Assembly: GCA_002897695.1 (NCBI GenBank) | Contig: BDTG01000046.1 | Coordinates: 35,411-99,410 of the forward strand | Direction of reading: 5' to 3' | Source: a bacterium BMS3Abin14 | GTDB lineage: Bacteria; BMS3Abin14 | Length of the DNA stretch: 64,000 bases | Shown: piece after piece, positions 54,159 through 64,000 of the stretch | Layout of the letters: each line of letters starts with the position of its first letter | Position numbering within the stretch: the first letter of the stretch is position 1 | Notes under the pieces: generated by a model | What the model was told of the DNA's origin: nothing | What the model saw: only the letters and a program-made list of their open reading frames with translations | Databases searched by the model: none | Translations under genes and position numbers: made by a program

Positions 54159-55517
54159 ATGTTTAAGGGGATGCGAAGACTTCGTTTCTACGAGGTGCTG
54201 CTCCTCGTTCTCATCGCCATTATTATTGGTGCGTGGAGCATCCTGGAGATTACACGGTCCGCCCTTTTCTGCGGCAACGCCTGTCATATCATGCGCCCGT
54301 ACTACGATGACTGGAAGAAGTCCACCCATAACCAGGTGGCGTGCGTTGAGTGCCACAACCCGCCCACCACCGCCGGACAGTTAACTCCCGACTGGGGCGC
54401 CATCAAACAGATCGCCGGCTATATGACACGCCCTTACAGCGAAAGGATCAGGGCAGATATCAGCGATGCGGGTTGTCTGCAAGAGGGATGTCATTCAAAA
54501 CGCCTCCTGGATGGAAAAGTTTTCTTCCGCGAGGACATCCTTTTCGACCACCGGCCCCACCTTGGACAGCTTCGAAGAGGCAAGATCCTCCGCTGTGCCA
54601 CATGCCATTCCCAGATTGTCATGGGAAACCATGTTACTGTTGATGAAAACACCTGTTTCATATGTCACTTCAAGGACAGGGATAAAAGCAAAGCCACCGC
54701 CAGGTGCCGGCTTTGCCACGGCACTACCCCGGAACGCACCCGGTCTATGGACAAGAATTTCGACCATACCGATTACACGGCAAGAGGGGTCCGGTGCACC
54801 ATGTGCCATCCGGCCATCATCAGGGGCAATGGGGAAGTATCGGAGGATAGATGTGTTGGATGTCATAAAAAGCGCATGAAGATCAACCTGTCTCAGCCGG
54901 AGGGGTTACTCCACCGAAAACACGTCACCGACCATAACATCAGGTGTGAGGATTGCCACGATCCCATAAAACACTCCACCCCCAATGAATCCGACCTGGC
55001 GCAACTGGACTGTTCGTCCTGCCACGAGAACAAGCACAAGGCTATTTTATCCCTTTACAGGGGCCTGGGGGCTGACGGGATTGATCCGATGCCATCCCCA
55101 ATGTACGTAAGCCAGGTTGGCTGCAACGGCTGTCACCTCGCCTCCGAAGACATCACGGGTAACGCTCCGACGGCAGGCGCCGGATCTGCGAAAGATGTCT
55201 CCGCCGCCTGTGACGAGTGTCACGGTGACGGTTACCGAACGCTGGTAGCGAAATGGAAAAAGCAGCTGCATAAAAAGATCGTGTTGGCCGAACTGAAACT
55301 CAAGGAGGCGGAGAAGGCTATCGCCGTGTCCCGAGCGAACGCCGGGATTATCGACAGCGCCCGGAAAATCCTGAAAAAGAGCCGACACAATTTTCTGTTC
55401 ATACGGGCCAGCGTGCCCGTCCACAATCCAGATTATGCCGTAACCGTCCTGGACAGGACTGTGCTGGATCTGGAAAAGACCATAACCCTTGTGAGGCAGG
55501 TGAACGATGGTGTTTAA
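54159..55517 (+). CDS. Membrane-anchored NapC/NirT-like multiheme cytochrome c (10 CxxCH plus CX3CH and CX4CH)
   Basis: N-terminal TM helix, CGNACH-IMRPYY..W..STH, 12 candidate heme motifs. Start ATG 54159 or 54171. Confidence 0.9.
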   Translation: MFKGMRRLRFYEVLLLVLIAIIIGAWSILEITRSALFCGNACHIMRPYYDDWKKSTHNQVACVECHNPPTTAGQLTPDWGAIKQIAGYMTRPYSERIRADISDAGCLQEGCHSKRLLDGKVFFREDILFDHRPHLGQLRRGKILRCATCHSQIVMGNHVTVDENTCFICHFKDRDKSKATARCRLCHGTTPERTRSMDKNFDHTDYTARGVRCTMCHPAIIRGNGEVSEDRCVGCHKKRMKINLSQPEGLLHRKHVTDHNIRCEDCHDPIKHSTPNESDLAQLDCSSCHENKHKAILSLYRGLGADGIDPMPSPMYVSQVGCNGCHLASEDITGNAPTAGAGSAKDVSAACDECHGDGYRTLVAKWKKQLHKKIVLAELKLKEAEKAIAVSRANAGIIDSARKILKKSRHNFLFIRASVPVHNPDYAVTVLDRTVLDLEKTITLVRQVNDGV

Positions 55518-56151
55518 AAAAGTAAGCAGAGTCAAGATACCTGATGCGACCATCAGGCGACTATCCCTGTACGATCGTTGTCTGGAGGAACTCAAAAAAT
55601 CGGGCAACAAGATTGTTTCATCCTCCGACATTGCCCGTAAATGCGGGACCAATCCGGCACAGATAAGAAAGGATTTTGCCTATTTCGGGGAATTCGGGGT
55701 CAGAGGGGTCGGTTATTACGTGGAGAACCTCCAGGTGGACATCAAAATGGCCCTCGGGATTGATCGCCCATGGCTGTGCGCCCTGGTGGGGGCGGGAAAC
55801 CTGGGATTCGCCCTCCTGGGAACCGACTCTCTGGAAAAACGGGGCTTCAAAATCTCGGCTATCTTTGAAAAAGACCCTATTCTGGTGGAGATGGGCTCCT
55901 TCCAGGACATCCCCCTTTTCAGTATGGAAATGATGTCCCAGGTGATTTCGGACCTCGATATTCACATCGGACTCATCGCGGTCAATCCCGATACGGCGTT
56001 GAAGGTCGCCCACAACCTCATTGACTCCGGAATAAAAGGGATCCTGAACTTTACTCCCGCAACCCTCAAGGTCCCGCCAGGCATTGTTCTAAAAAACGTT
56101 GATTTCGCCATTGACCTGGAAGGGATCGCTTTTCAGCTGAGCAATCAATAA
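55507..56151 (+). CDS. rex: Redox-sensing transcriptional repressor Rex
   Basis: IPDATIRRLSLY, QIRKDFAYFGEFGVRGVGY, GAGNLG, GILNFTP. Confidence 0.96.
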   Translation: MVFKKVSRVKIPDATIRRLSLYDRCLEELKKSGNKIVSSSDIARKCGTNPAQIRKDFAYFGEFGVRGVGYYVENLQVDIKMALGIDRPWLCALVGAGNLGFALLGTDSLEKRGFKISAIFEKDPILVEMGSFQDIPLFSMEMMSQVISDLDIHIGLIAVNPDTALKVAHNLIDSGIKGILNFTPATLKVPPGIVLKNVDFAIDLEGIAFQLSNQ

Positions 56152-56201
56152 CGCGCCCGTGCAGGGGCGCGCAAATCCAGGGATTTATAAGGAAAGCGGA
56201 A

Positions 56202-56792
56202 ATGAAGAAGCTTGAGGAGCTGATCAGGCAAAGGGGCCGCGAGAGCGCTCAGGCCCAGCTGAAATATTGCGAATCGGCCGCCGGAAAGATAGATTACGCC
56301 GCCCTCAGCCTGGCCAGGATTCTCAACGCGGGTGGAAAGATCCTCATGGCCGGGAACGGGGGCTCCGCGGCGGATGCTCAGCACTTCTCGGCCGAACTCG
56401 TCGGCCGTTTTCTCATGGAAAGGCGGCCTCTGGCCTGTCTGGCGCTAACCACAAATTCCTCCGTCCTCACATCCATTGCAAACGACTATTCCTTCGAGCA
56501 GGTGTTCAGCAAACAGGTGGCCGCCCTTGGTGGGGAAAACGACGCACTGATTGCCATATCCACCAGTGGTTCATCCCCCAACATCCTCCGTGCTCTGGAA
56601 ACCGCCAACACCAGATCCATGCTGACCGTAGGCCTCACCGGGTCCGACTGCGACCGCATGGCCCCTCTTTGCGATATCTGCCTCGATGTGAACAACACAT
56701 CCACTCCCCGGGTCCAGGAGGTCCACCACCTTATCCTCCATATCATTGCCGAGCTCATCGAGATCCGGCTTTTCGCCGGGCAGGAAGCCTGA
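56202..56792 (+). CDS. gmhA: D-sedoheptulose-7-phosphate isomerase
   Basis: GNGGSAADAQHFSAEL, IANDYSFE.VFSKQ, ISTSGSS, TPRVQEVH. Confidence 0.95.
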   Translation: MKKLEELIRQRGRESAQAQLKYCESAAGKIDYAALSLARILNAGGKILMAGNGGSAADAQHFSAELVGRFLMERRPLACLALTTNSSVLTSIANDYSFEQVFSKQVAALGGENDALIAISTSGSSPNILRALETANTRSMLTVGLTGSDCDRMAPLCDICLDVNNTSTPRVQEVHHLILHIIAELIEIRLFAGQEA

Positions 56793-56795
56793 AAG

Positions 56796-57755
56796 ATGGG
56801 TGGCCCATATAAAAAGACCCCGCTGGCGGATCTCGACTTTTCCGGCCTGAAAACCTATTCGGTATTCACAAGAGACTGCAAGGTGACTTCCGGCGAGCTG
56901 GGCGTCCCCTATCCAGGAAACTCGTATCTGTCGGATTTCGTAAACGGGTTGCCGAAAATACTCGCCTCAAGGGATCTCCAGGAGGTGGCCGGATCCATCG
57001 TGCGCGCGCGAAGGGAAGAGAGGGGGGTGCTCCTCGGCATGGGTGCGCATCCCCTGAAAGTCGGGATGGGGCCTATCATTTCAGACGCCATGGAAACGGG
57101 AATCCTTACAGGAATCGCCACCAACGGCGCCGCGATTATCCACGACTATGAACTGGCGCTTCTCGGGAAAACCTCCGAGGATGTCGGGGCGGCGCTAAGT
57201 TCCGGGCTGTTCGGGATGGCCGAGGAGACCGCCGTAGGCCTGAACGGCGCTATTCGGGCCGGCGCCGAGGCCGATGAGGGGATCGGTCTTGCCGTGGGGC
57301 GATTCATAGAGGATGGCATGCTTCTCCACGCACATTCCAGCATCTTCGCGACAGCCTATCGGTGTGCCATCCCGGCAACGGTTCATGTGGCCATCGGCAC
57401 CGACATAATCCATATGCACCCGTCATGCGACGGAGCATCCACCGGAGCCGGAACCTTGAAGGATTTTCGCCTTTTCGCCCGGCAGGTTGCCGCACTGGAC
57501 GATGGTGTATTCATTAACCTTGGATCCGCCGTCATCATCCCCGAGATTTTTCTCAAGGCCTTTTCTCTCGCTCGTAATCTGGGCAATCCCATTGCCAACC
57601 TGACAACCGTCAATATGGATTTTGTTCAGCACTATCGGCCCAGGGTCAATGTGGTGCAGCGCCCCACGTCGGAATCCGGAAAAGGATACTCAATCATTGG
57701 CCATCACGAGATAATGCTTCCCCTTCTCCTGGCTGCGGTCAAGGAACTCATGTGA
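56796..57755 (+). CDS. Uncharacterised deoxyhypusine-synthase-like-fold protein (recalled as GSU2086 family)
   Basis: [52 protein letters not shown]. Similarity judged from memory. Confidence 0.6.
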   Translation: MGGPYKKTPLADLDFSGLKTYSVFTRDCKVTSGELGVPYPGNSYLSDFVNGLPKILASRDLQEVAGSIVRARREERGVLLGMGAHPLKVGMGPIISDAMETGILTGIATNGAAIIHDYELALLGKTSEDVGAALSSGLFGMAEETAVGLNGAIRAGAEADEGIGLAVGRFIEDGMLLHAHSSIFATAYRCAIPATVHVAIGTDIIHMHPSCDGASTGAGTLKDFRLFARQVAALDDGVFINLGSAVIIPEIFLKAFSLARNLGNPIANLTTVNMDFVQHYRPRVNVVQRPTSESGKGYSIIGHHEIMLPLLLAAVKELM

Positions 57756-58234
57756 TAAAATCAGGCTTCTACACCGGGAAAACCATCTCCGAGGCAGCGG
57801 CGGTCTGGAGGGCACAGGGGAAAAAGATTGTTTTTACGAACGGTTGTTTTGACCTGCTCCATCCGGGACACACGAGATACCTTAAACAGGCCAGGGACCT
57901 GGGCGACATCCTGGTAGTCGGGATTAACTCCGACGGGTCCGTCCGAAAGCTCAAGGGACCGGGCCGCCCCATCCTTACCGAAGCCGAGAGAGCAGAGGTT
58001 CTCCTCTCCCTGAAATGGGTTGATGCGGTGGTTCCGTTTTCTGAATCCACCCCCCTTGAACTGATCAATATGGTGATTCCCCACATACTGGTCAAGGGCG
58101 GGGACTGGCCGGTGAAAGAGATCGTTGGGCGTGAATTCGTAGAATCTCACGGGGGCAAGGTTTACAGCCTTCCTTTCCACCCCGGGATTTCCACATCGGA
58201 TATCATCGATCGTATCAGCAGCGCTGATTCCTAG
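57752..58234 (+). CDS. rfaE2: D-glycero-beta-D-manno-heptose 1-phosphate adenylyltransferase
   Basis: [36 protein letters not shown]; GTGA overlap. Confidence 0.93.
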   Translation: MIKSGFYTGKTISEAAAVWRAQGKKIVFTNGCFDLLHPGHTRYLKQARDLGDILVVGINSDGSVRKLKGPGRPILTEAERAEVLLSLKWVDAVVPFSESTPLELINMVIPHILVKGGDWPVKEIVGREFVESHGGKVYSLPFHPGISTSDIIDRISSADS

Positions 58235-58235
58235 G

Positions 58236-61200
58236 ATGTTTCCTGTTACAGAGATCCTGGAGGATCTTAAGCAGCACGGGGTTTCGTCCATATCAGGCCT
58301 CGGCCTCCCGGCCGCCGCATGTCTGGCTGCCTCCCTTCCTGATCCGAACCGCCTCGTCATCGTTACTCCGGACGAGGAAAGCGCCGACACCCTCAGGGAG
58401 GATCTCTCATTCTTCCTGCCCGGGCAGAACGTCGGGGCGCTTTCGCCGGAGGAAGCGCTACCGTACGAGAGGATGCTCCCCGACATTGAGCGGTCCTCCC
58501 TGCGAATCAGCGCCCTTCTCGCCGCGGGATCCGGCGCCGCGCCGGTGATCATTCCCTGTACGGCTCTCCTCCAACCCACCATCCCTCCCGGCCTTCTGAC
58601 CCGCATTTCCCTGAGAATCAATACAGGAGAGGACATGGACAGGGAGATGACCCTGCAGAACCTGTCGACCATGGGATATACGAAGGTGCCTTCGGTCTCC
58701 CAGATGGGCGAGATGGCGGTGCGGGGCGGCATAATGGACATCTTCTCCCCCGGGCACCTGTTTCCAGTGCGGATTGAGCTTTGGGGAAACTCCGTGCAGT
58801 CCATTCGGACATTTGACACTGAGAATCAGCGCAGTCTGGAGCGGTTAGAGACCGCGGTTGTACTCCCTGTGACGGAAATCCTGCGGACTCCCGAGATCCT
58901 TTCCGGGGGCCGGAGGCGCCTCAGCGATTTTCTTCTCGCCCAGGGACTTTCGTCCAGGGAACGGGAAAAGATATTGGTCCCCTGGGACCAGGGTCTGGAT
59001 TTTCCCGGCATCGTCAATTTTCTTCCGATTATTTACGGGGTCCAAAGCCTCCCGGCGGATCATTTCTCTCCGGGATGCATTGTTATCCTTCTGGAACCCG
59101 AGCAGATCCTGCGCAGGATGGAAGGTTTCATGGCCTCCGCCGGCGCCCGGCTTTCAAAAGAATCCCCTTCCCCCGACGAGGCCTACGCTGACCCAAAAGC
59201 GATTATGGCAAACCTCAGCCGCAACAGCATTCTGCAGATTCGGTCTTTCGACCATGAAAACAGCCACTCCTACGGATGTCCGTCCCTTCTGCCGCCCGGT
59301 GCAGCCCTGTCTCAGCCGGCAAGATTCCGTGAATTGGGAGAATTTCTGGAGGAAGGGCAATATGATCGAATTGTCATCTCCGCACACTCCAACGGAGCCG
59401 CCGACAGGCTCCTTGCGCTCTTTTCAGGCATCAGCCACAAGATAAACAGGCGGACGACGACAGACGGGATGAAACAGTGGGAGGGCATCAATGTGGTGAG
59501 CGTTCCTCTGTCTGGAGGGTTTTCCATCCCGGGACGGAAAATCGGTTTCATCAGCGACTCTGACCTGTTCGGACGTGTTAAAAGGCATAAATCCAGGCGG
59601 CCGTTTCTCCCGGAGTGGGATCTCCCCATAGGCTCACTCGCGCCGGGTGACTTTGTTGTCCACATCGAGCATGGGATTGGTAGATATCTGGGACTCAAAC
59701 AGATGGAGATTGCTAAATCCAGCGACGATTACCTCCATCTGTCCTACGCAGGGGGTGATTCCCTTTACGTGCCCGTTGAGGATATGAACCGGGTTCAGCG
59801 ATTCAGGAGTTCATCCGACAGACCGCCCTCACTCAGCAAACTCGGAGGCGCCGGCTGGGTCCGGGCAAAGAACCGGGTCCGCCGGTCGTTGAAATTAATG
59901 GCCGACGAGTTGCTGGCAATAGCGGCAAGACGGGAGACCGCGCCGGGCATATCCTCTCCCGAACCCGACGCCATCTTCAGGGAGTTCGAGGCCTCCTTTC
60001 CCTGGTCGGAGACACCTGATCAGGAGAGATGCATCAACGAGGTCATTTTCGACATGATGCAGCCCCATCCCATGGACCGCCTCGTGTGCGGGGATGTTGG
60101 ATACGGAAAAACGGAGGTCGCACTGAGAGCGGCATTCCTCTCCGTCCTCGGCGGCAAACAGGTGGCGGTTCTCGTGCCGACGACAGTCCTGGCCCAACAG
60201 CACTATGGGAACTTTATCCAGCGTCTTGGGCCGTTTCCGGTTACGGTCGGCCTTCTGAGCCGCTTTGTGTCTCCCAGGGACCGGAAGCGCACTCTCGGTG
60301 ACCTTGAAAAGGGTGTCGTGGACATTGTCATCGGAACACACCGAATCTTGTCCGCTGATGTAAAATTCCGCAACCTGGGGCTGTTGATTATCGACGAGGA
60401 GCATCGTTTCGGGGTTAAACACAAGGAAACGCTGAAAAGGATGCGGGAGACAGTGGATGTCCTGACCCTTTCCGCCACTCCCATTCCCCGAACGCTCTTT
60501 CAGGCGTTTTCCGGCCTCCGCAGCCTTTCCCTTATCCATACCCCTCCGGCCGACCGAAAGGCGATCCATACCGAAATACGATATTTCGACGAGGGCCTGA
60601 TCCGGGACGCGATAGTCAGGGAGTTGGCAAGGGGAGGACAGGTATATATCGTTCACAACAGGGTCGCAAGCATCGGGGCATTCAGGGATATGGTCCAGCG
60701 GCTCGTTCCCGATGCCCGGTTGGGAATGGCCCACGGCCAGATGGGGGAAAGCGAGCTTGAAGGGGTCATGGTCGGCTTCCTCAAAGGGGAGTTGGATGTT
60801 CTGGTAACCACCGCCATTATCGAGTCAGGGCTCGACATTACCAATGCCAACACGCTCATCATCAACCGGGCCGATCGTTTCGGCCTGGCCCAACTTTACC
60901 AACTCCGTGGGAGGGTCGGACGCTCTGCGGCCCTGGCATACGCGTACCTTTTAATTCCTCCCCAATCGTCCCTGACGCCCAAAGCAAAAAAACGCCTCGC
61001 CAGCCTCAGGGATCTGACCGACCTTGGTTCCGGCTTCAAGCTCGCATCTTACGACCTGGAGATACGCGGGTCGGGCAACCTTCTCGGGCAGGAACAGTCC
61101 GGGCACATCGGCGCGGTTGGCCTCGACCTGTATTCCCAGCTCCTGGAACAGGCCGTCAGGGAATCAACCGGTCAGGTTACGGAAGAGCCAGTGGAGCCCG

Positions 61201-61625
61201 TTATCCACCTGGATATGCCTGCCCTGCTCACGGAGGAATATCTTCCGGACGTTGGAGAACGCCTCACCCTTTACAAAAGATTGGCAAGTGCAAGGACACC
61301 GGCTGAGCTGAAAGAGCTGCGGGACGAGGCCGTGGACCGTTTCGGGAGGTTTCCGACTGAGGTTCTCGGCCTGTTCTCCCGGATGGAGGTCCTCATTCTT
61401 GCCCGAGGGCTCAGGGTGGAACACATAGATGTGGCAGGGTCATTTTACCTCGTTGCCTTTCACCCCCAGGCCAAAATATCTCCGGACGCACTTCTTGGCC
61501 TCCTTTCGACCGACAGCCGTCTTGCCTTCCTGCCCCCGACCACACTCAGGCTCGATATCTCCGCCATGCAAAACTCCGGAGACCGCCTGGGGTATCTTAA
61601 GGAAACCTTGCGGTCCTTATTGTGA
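58236..61625 (+). CDS. mfd: Transcription-repair coupling factor
   Basis: UvrB-homology region, CarD/RID ([11 protein letters not shown]), [35 protein letters not shown]-terminus. Confidence 0.97.
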   Translation: MFPVTEILEDLKQHGVSSISGLGLPAAACLAASLPDPNRLVIVTPDEESADTLREDLSFFLPGQNVGALSPEEALPYERMLPDIERSSLRISALLAAGSGAAPVIIPCTALLQPTIPPGLLTRISLRINTGEDMDREMTLQNLSTMGYTKVPSVSQMGEMAVRGGIMDIFSPGHLFPVRIELWGNSVQSIRTFDTENQRSLERLETAVVLPVTEILRTPEILSGGRRRLSDFLLAQGLSSREREKILVPWDQGLDFPGIVNFLPIIYGVQSLPADHFSPGCIVILLEPEQILRRMEGFMASAGARLSKESPSPDEAYADPKAIMANLSRNSILQIRSFDHENSHSYGCPSLLPPGAALSQPARFRELGEFLEEGQYDRIVISAHSNGAADRLLALFSGISHKINRRTTTDGMKQWEGINVVSVPLSGGFSIPGRKIGFISDSDLFGRVKRHKSRRPFLPEWDLPIGSLAPGDFVVHIEHGIGRYLGLKQMEIAKSSDDYLHLSYAGGDSLYVPVEDMNRVQRFRSSSDRPPSLSKLGGAGWVRAKNRVRRSLKLMADELLAIAARRETAPGISSPEPDAIFREFEASFPWSETPDQERCINEVIFDMMQPHPMDRLVCGDVGYGKTEVALRAAFLSVLGGKQVAVLVPTTVLAQQHYGNFIQRLGPFPVTVGLLSRFVSPRDRKRTLGDLEKGVVDIVIGTHRILSADVKFRNLGLLIIDEEHRFGVKHKETLKRMRETVDVLTLSATPIPRTLFQAFSGLRSLSLIHTPPADRKAIHTEIRYFDEGLIRDAIVRELARGGQVYIVHNRVASIGAFRDMVQRLVPDARLGMAHGQMGESELEGVMVGFLKGELDVLVTTAIIESGLDITNANTLIINRADRFGLAQLYQLRGRVGRSAALAYAYLLIPPQSSLTPKAKKRLASLRDLTDLGSGFKLASYDLEIRGSGNLLGQEQSGHIGAVGLDLYSQLLEQAVRESTGQVTEEPVEPVIHLDMPALLTEEYLPDVGERLTLYKRLASARTPAELKELRDEAVDRFGRFPTEVLGLFSRMEVLILARGLRVEHIDVAGSFYLVAFHPQAKISPDALLGLLSTDSRLAFLPPTTLRLDISAMQNSGDRLGYLKETLRSLL

Positions 61626-61644
61626 TCTGCTAATAACCAGCCCT

Positions 61645-62625
61645 ATGAATAGAAAAACCTTTGTAATCCTTTCGATTTTCCTGCTCGCGGCTTTGACCGC
61701 CGGCATCTTTTTTCTACGGGAAAACCGTCCGGAGCCGCCGATTCCAGCCACACCCGCCGAAAAACCGGTCGCCTCGGTCAATGGACAGGTCATAACCGTC
61801 AAAACCTTTCAGACAAAATTCACCAAGTTCGCCACCCGCCTTCATCTGCCGTGGAAGGAAAACACCGCCGCCGCGAAAGAACTCAAAATGAGTTTTCTTA
61901 ATAAACTCATTGAAACCGAGCTGCTGCTGCAGGAAGCCCGCATGCGGAATCTGACCGTGACCGACGATGAGCTCAACAGGGAGATCAACCTTCTCAAGGA
62001 GGATTATCCGAAGGACACCCTCGACGCAGCCCTGGTTCAGATAGGCATGAAACTTGATGAATGGAAGTCGGACCGGCGGGAAAAACTGCTTATCGACAAG
62101 GTCATAGAAAAGGAAGTGGACAGCGTCATCCACGTCAGTGACGATGATGTAAAGGCATACTACGACAGCCATAAAAAAGATTTCAAAGTCCCTCTCATGG
62201 TAAAAGCGCGGCAGATCGTTGTAGCCACGGAAGCAGAGGCTAAATCCCTTAGATCGAGGCTGCTTCGCGGGGGAAATTTCGCGAAAATTGCCGAACAGTT
62301 TTCCCTGAGCCCCGACGCCAAACAGGGTGGTGAGCTTGGCGTTTTCGCGAGGGGACAGATGCCCGAGGAATTTGACAAGGTAGTTTTTCGTTATCGGGTC
62401 GGCACCATCAGCCGGGTGGTCCACTCCCCGTACGGTTTTCATGTCTTCCAGGTGGAAGATCGAATCCCGCCCCACACTCGGTCCCTCAAGGACGCGACTG
62501 GGGAGATCAGGAAAAACATCTTTCAGTCAAGGCAGGAATCATTTTTTCACGATTGGATGGACGCGCTGAAAAAGGGGGCCAAGATAACGATCTATCCTGA
62601 CAACCTTCAGCAGGGGCCGCAGTAA
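61645..62625 (+). CDS. SurA-N / parvulin (PpiC) peptidyl-prolyl isomerase
   Basis: N-terminal TM helix, SurA-N helices, KARQIVV, FSLSPDAKQGGELG, SPYGFHVFQV. ATG 61645; the ORF extends to 61429 inside mfd. Confidence 0.88.
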   Translation: MNRKTFVILSIFLLAALTAGIFFLRENRPEPPIPATPAEKPVASVNGQVITVKTFQTKFTKFATRLHLPWKENTAAAKELKMSFLNKLIETELLLQEARMRNLTVTDDELNREINLLKEDYPKDTLDAALVQIGMKLDEWKSDRREKLLIDKVIEKEVDSVIHVSDDDVKAYYDSHKKDFKVPLMVKARQIVVATEAEAKSLRSRLLRGGNFAKIAEQFSLSPDAKQGGELGVFARGQMPEEFDKVVFRYRVGTISRVVHSPYGFHVFQVEDRIPPHTRSLKDATGEIRKNIFQSRQESFFHDWMDALKKGAKITIYPDNLQQGPQ

Positions 62626-63545
62626 TGTTCAGAAAAAGCCTTCTCGCCGGCGCCGCCATTCTCCTCCTGTTTTCTCTCCCCGCTAATGCGGGCGACAGGG
62701 TTGTCGCCAGGGTGGGGCAACGGGCCATAACCAGCCGTGATGTCCGGTATTTTCAGAAGGAAAACCAGGATCTGCCTTTCCCCAAGGCGTTGCAGGCTTT
62801 GGTAAAACAACGCCTCATCCTGGCCTGGGCCGCCGATAACGGGGTCAGAATAAATGACAATGAACTGAAAAATATCATAACCTCCATACGAAAAAACAAT
62901 AGCCTTACCGAGGATCAGTTTGCAATAGCCCTGTCAAGGGAGGGAACGACCAGGACCACCTTCATGGAGAGGGTCCGGGACGAGGTTACCGCATCCAGAG
63001 CGATGTCACTGGCAGTGAGCAGGCGGCTCAAAGTTGACGAAGCGGATATCAGGGAGATGTATCGGAAAAAATACCATGAGACCAGCTCCGTCACGGTTCG
63101 CCACATCCTTTTTTCTGTGAAGAAGAACGCCTCGGATCTGGAGATAAAAAACGCCAGGGAAAAAGCCGTTAAACTGTTGGCCCGGATAAGGAACGGAAAA
63201 CCGTTTGAGGAGGCCGCCGTGGAGTTTTCCGAGGATGCCGTGACAGCCGCCAAGGGAGGATATCTGGGGACCTTCAGCGAAGGTGAACTTCTGCCGGAGT
63301 TGGAGAAGGTTATAAGCCAGATGGCCCCCGGAGAAATTGCCGGCCCGGTCCGGACAGCAGCAGGTTTTCACCTGGTTCAGCTTATCAAAAGAGAAACCGT
63401 TCAACCGCCTGCCTTTGATGACGTACGCAAAGATCTTGTCGAAAAGTGGAAAAAAGGCAGGAGGGAGCCTGAACTAAAGAAATGGCTTGGCGAACTCAGG
63501 GAAAAATATTACGTCGAGATCTTTCCGGATGATAAACAACTGTGA
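62625..63545 (+). CDS. surA: SurA-like peptidyl-prolyl isomerase / chaperone
   Basis: Signal peptide, DRVVARVG, VRHILF, FSED..TAAKGGYLG, GFHLVQL. Confidence 0.82.
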   Translation: MFRKSLLAGAAILLLFSLPANAGDRVVARVGQRAITSRDVRYFQKENQDLPFPKALQALVKQRLILAWAADNGVRINDNELKNIITSIRKNNSLTEDQFAIALSREGTTRTTFMERVRDEVTASRAMSLAVSRRLKVDEADIREMYRKKYHETSSVTVRHILFSVKKNASDLEIKNAREKAVKLLARIRNGKPFEEAAVEFSEDAVTAAKGGYLGTFSEGELLPELEKVISQMAPGEIAGPVRTAAGFHLVQLIKRETVQPPAFDDVRKDLVEKWKKGRREPELKKWLGELREKYYVEIFPDDKQL

Positions 63546-63835
63546 GCCGAGGCGATTCACCTCCTGAACGCCTGCGGCTTGACCTGTACCTTAAACGATC
63601 CCACCTGGTTAAAAGAAGGCCCCTTGCGGCCATCCTCTGCAAAAACGACCACATCAAGGTTGACGGCCGACAGGCAATGCCTGGAAAAGCTGTCTTTGTG
63701 GGAAACCGTATTGAGGTCAGGTACGCCAGAAAGCTGCTTTTAGTGAAGGTAACCGGGCTCCCGGCTGACGCCCGGCGGGGCCAGGACTGCTATGAGGTCA
63801 TCTCTTCGGAAAACCTGGATGATGACCTCTTCTAG
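63542..63835 (+). CDS. S4-domain RNA-binding protein (HslR/YabO-like)
   Basis: LRLDLYLKRSHLVKRRPLA...IKVDG...PGK.V.VG.RIEV. Confidence 0.85.
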   Translation: MSRGDSPPERLRLDLYLKRSHLVKRRPLAAILCKNDHIKVDGRQAMPGKAVFVGNRIEVRYARKLLLVKVTGLPADARRGQDCYEVISSENLDDDLF

Positions 63836-63870
63836 ATAGAAATATAACTCGCGTGAGGAACACCTCAATC

Positions 63871-63934
63871 TTTATCGCAGAGGACCGCAAAGAGCGCCTA
63901 TCACAGGGTTTCCTCTGCGGCACTCCGCGTTAAA
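63871..63934. repeat. CGCAGAG-type REP-like imperfect palindrome
   Basis: CGCAGAGGA (63876-63884) / TCCTCTGCG (63911-63919) perfect inverted core; the outer arms also partly pair. Confidence 0.6.
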
Positions 63935-63946
63935 GGAATTATCACC

Positions 63947-64000
63947 TTAATCCTTACCACGGGCACCAAGGAACTTCTTGACCTTCGATTCCCGCACAAG
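63947..64000 (-). CDS. C-terminal 17 residues of an unidentified gene running off the window
   Basis: Frame reads LVRESKVKKFLGARGKD-stop, convergent on the S4 gene. Confidence 0.45.
   Translation of the reverse strand, partial: LVRESKVKKFLGARGKD

Noticed and set aside
56152-56171. GC hairpin after rex as a terminator
   Set aside because: A 7-bp stem with no U-tract; gmhA follows closely.

Overview
Bacterial chromosomal window of housekeeping type. The gene content (split atp operon, Rex, multiheme cytochromes, HisKA_2 PAS kinases) suggests a Desulfobacterota/deltaproteobacterial lineage; this is inference. Left part: a TetR-TolC-EmrA-type efflux operon with a clear operator, a patatin, a DedA-PAP2-LssY protein, a five-gene Ser/Thr-kinase module (FHA, membrane FHA-vWA, FHA, kinase-PEGA, 3xLysM-TPR), then thioesterase, cupin, DUF3524 glycosyltransferase, class II aldolase, rlmKL, an MCP with a PhnD-like binding protein, yajQ, two PAS kinases flanking an ABC-F, and an AI-2E transporter. 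Centre and right: a ~29 kb energy-conservation region. It holds a minus-strand 19-gene complex I operon with TWO NADH-input modules (a canonical NuoEFG, and a second EFG set with electron-bifurcating HydABC/BfuABC signatures and an FdhF-like subunit lacking the Mo/W ligand), plus a stand-alone cNMP-fold protein and a Zn-ribbon-TPR protein. Divergent from it lie hemL, atpZIBE, an 11-heme cytochrome c with a cytochrome b, a 12-heme NapC-like cytochrome, rex, gmhA, a DHS-like unknown, rfaE2, mfd, two SurA-type PPIases and an S4 protein. No rRNA, tRNA, CRISPR array, transposase or prophage was recognised, but several short palindromic or tandem repeats are present. Best candidates for an undescribed system: (1) the dual-input complex I with its two accessory proteins, (2) the FHA/vWA/kinase/LysM module. 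All calls are by-eye motif reading; no database searches were run.
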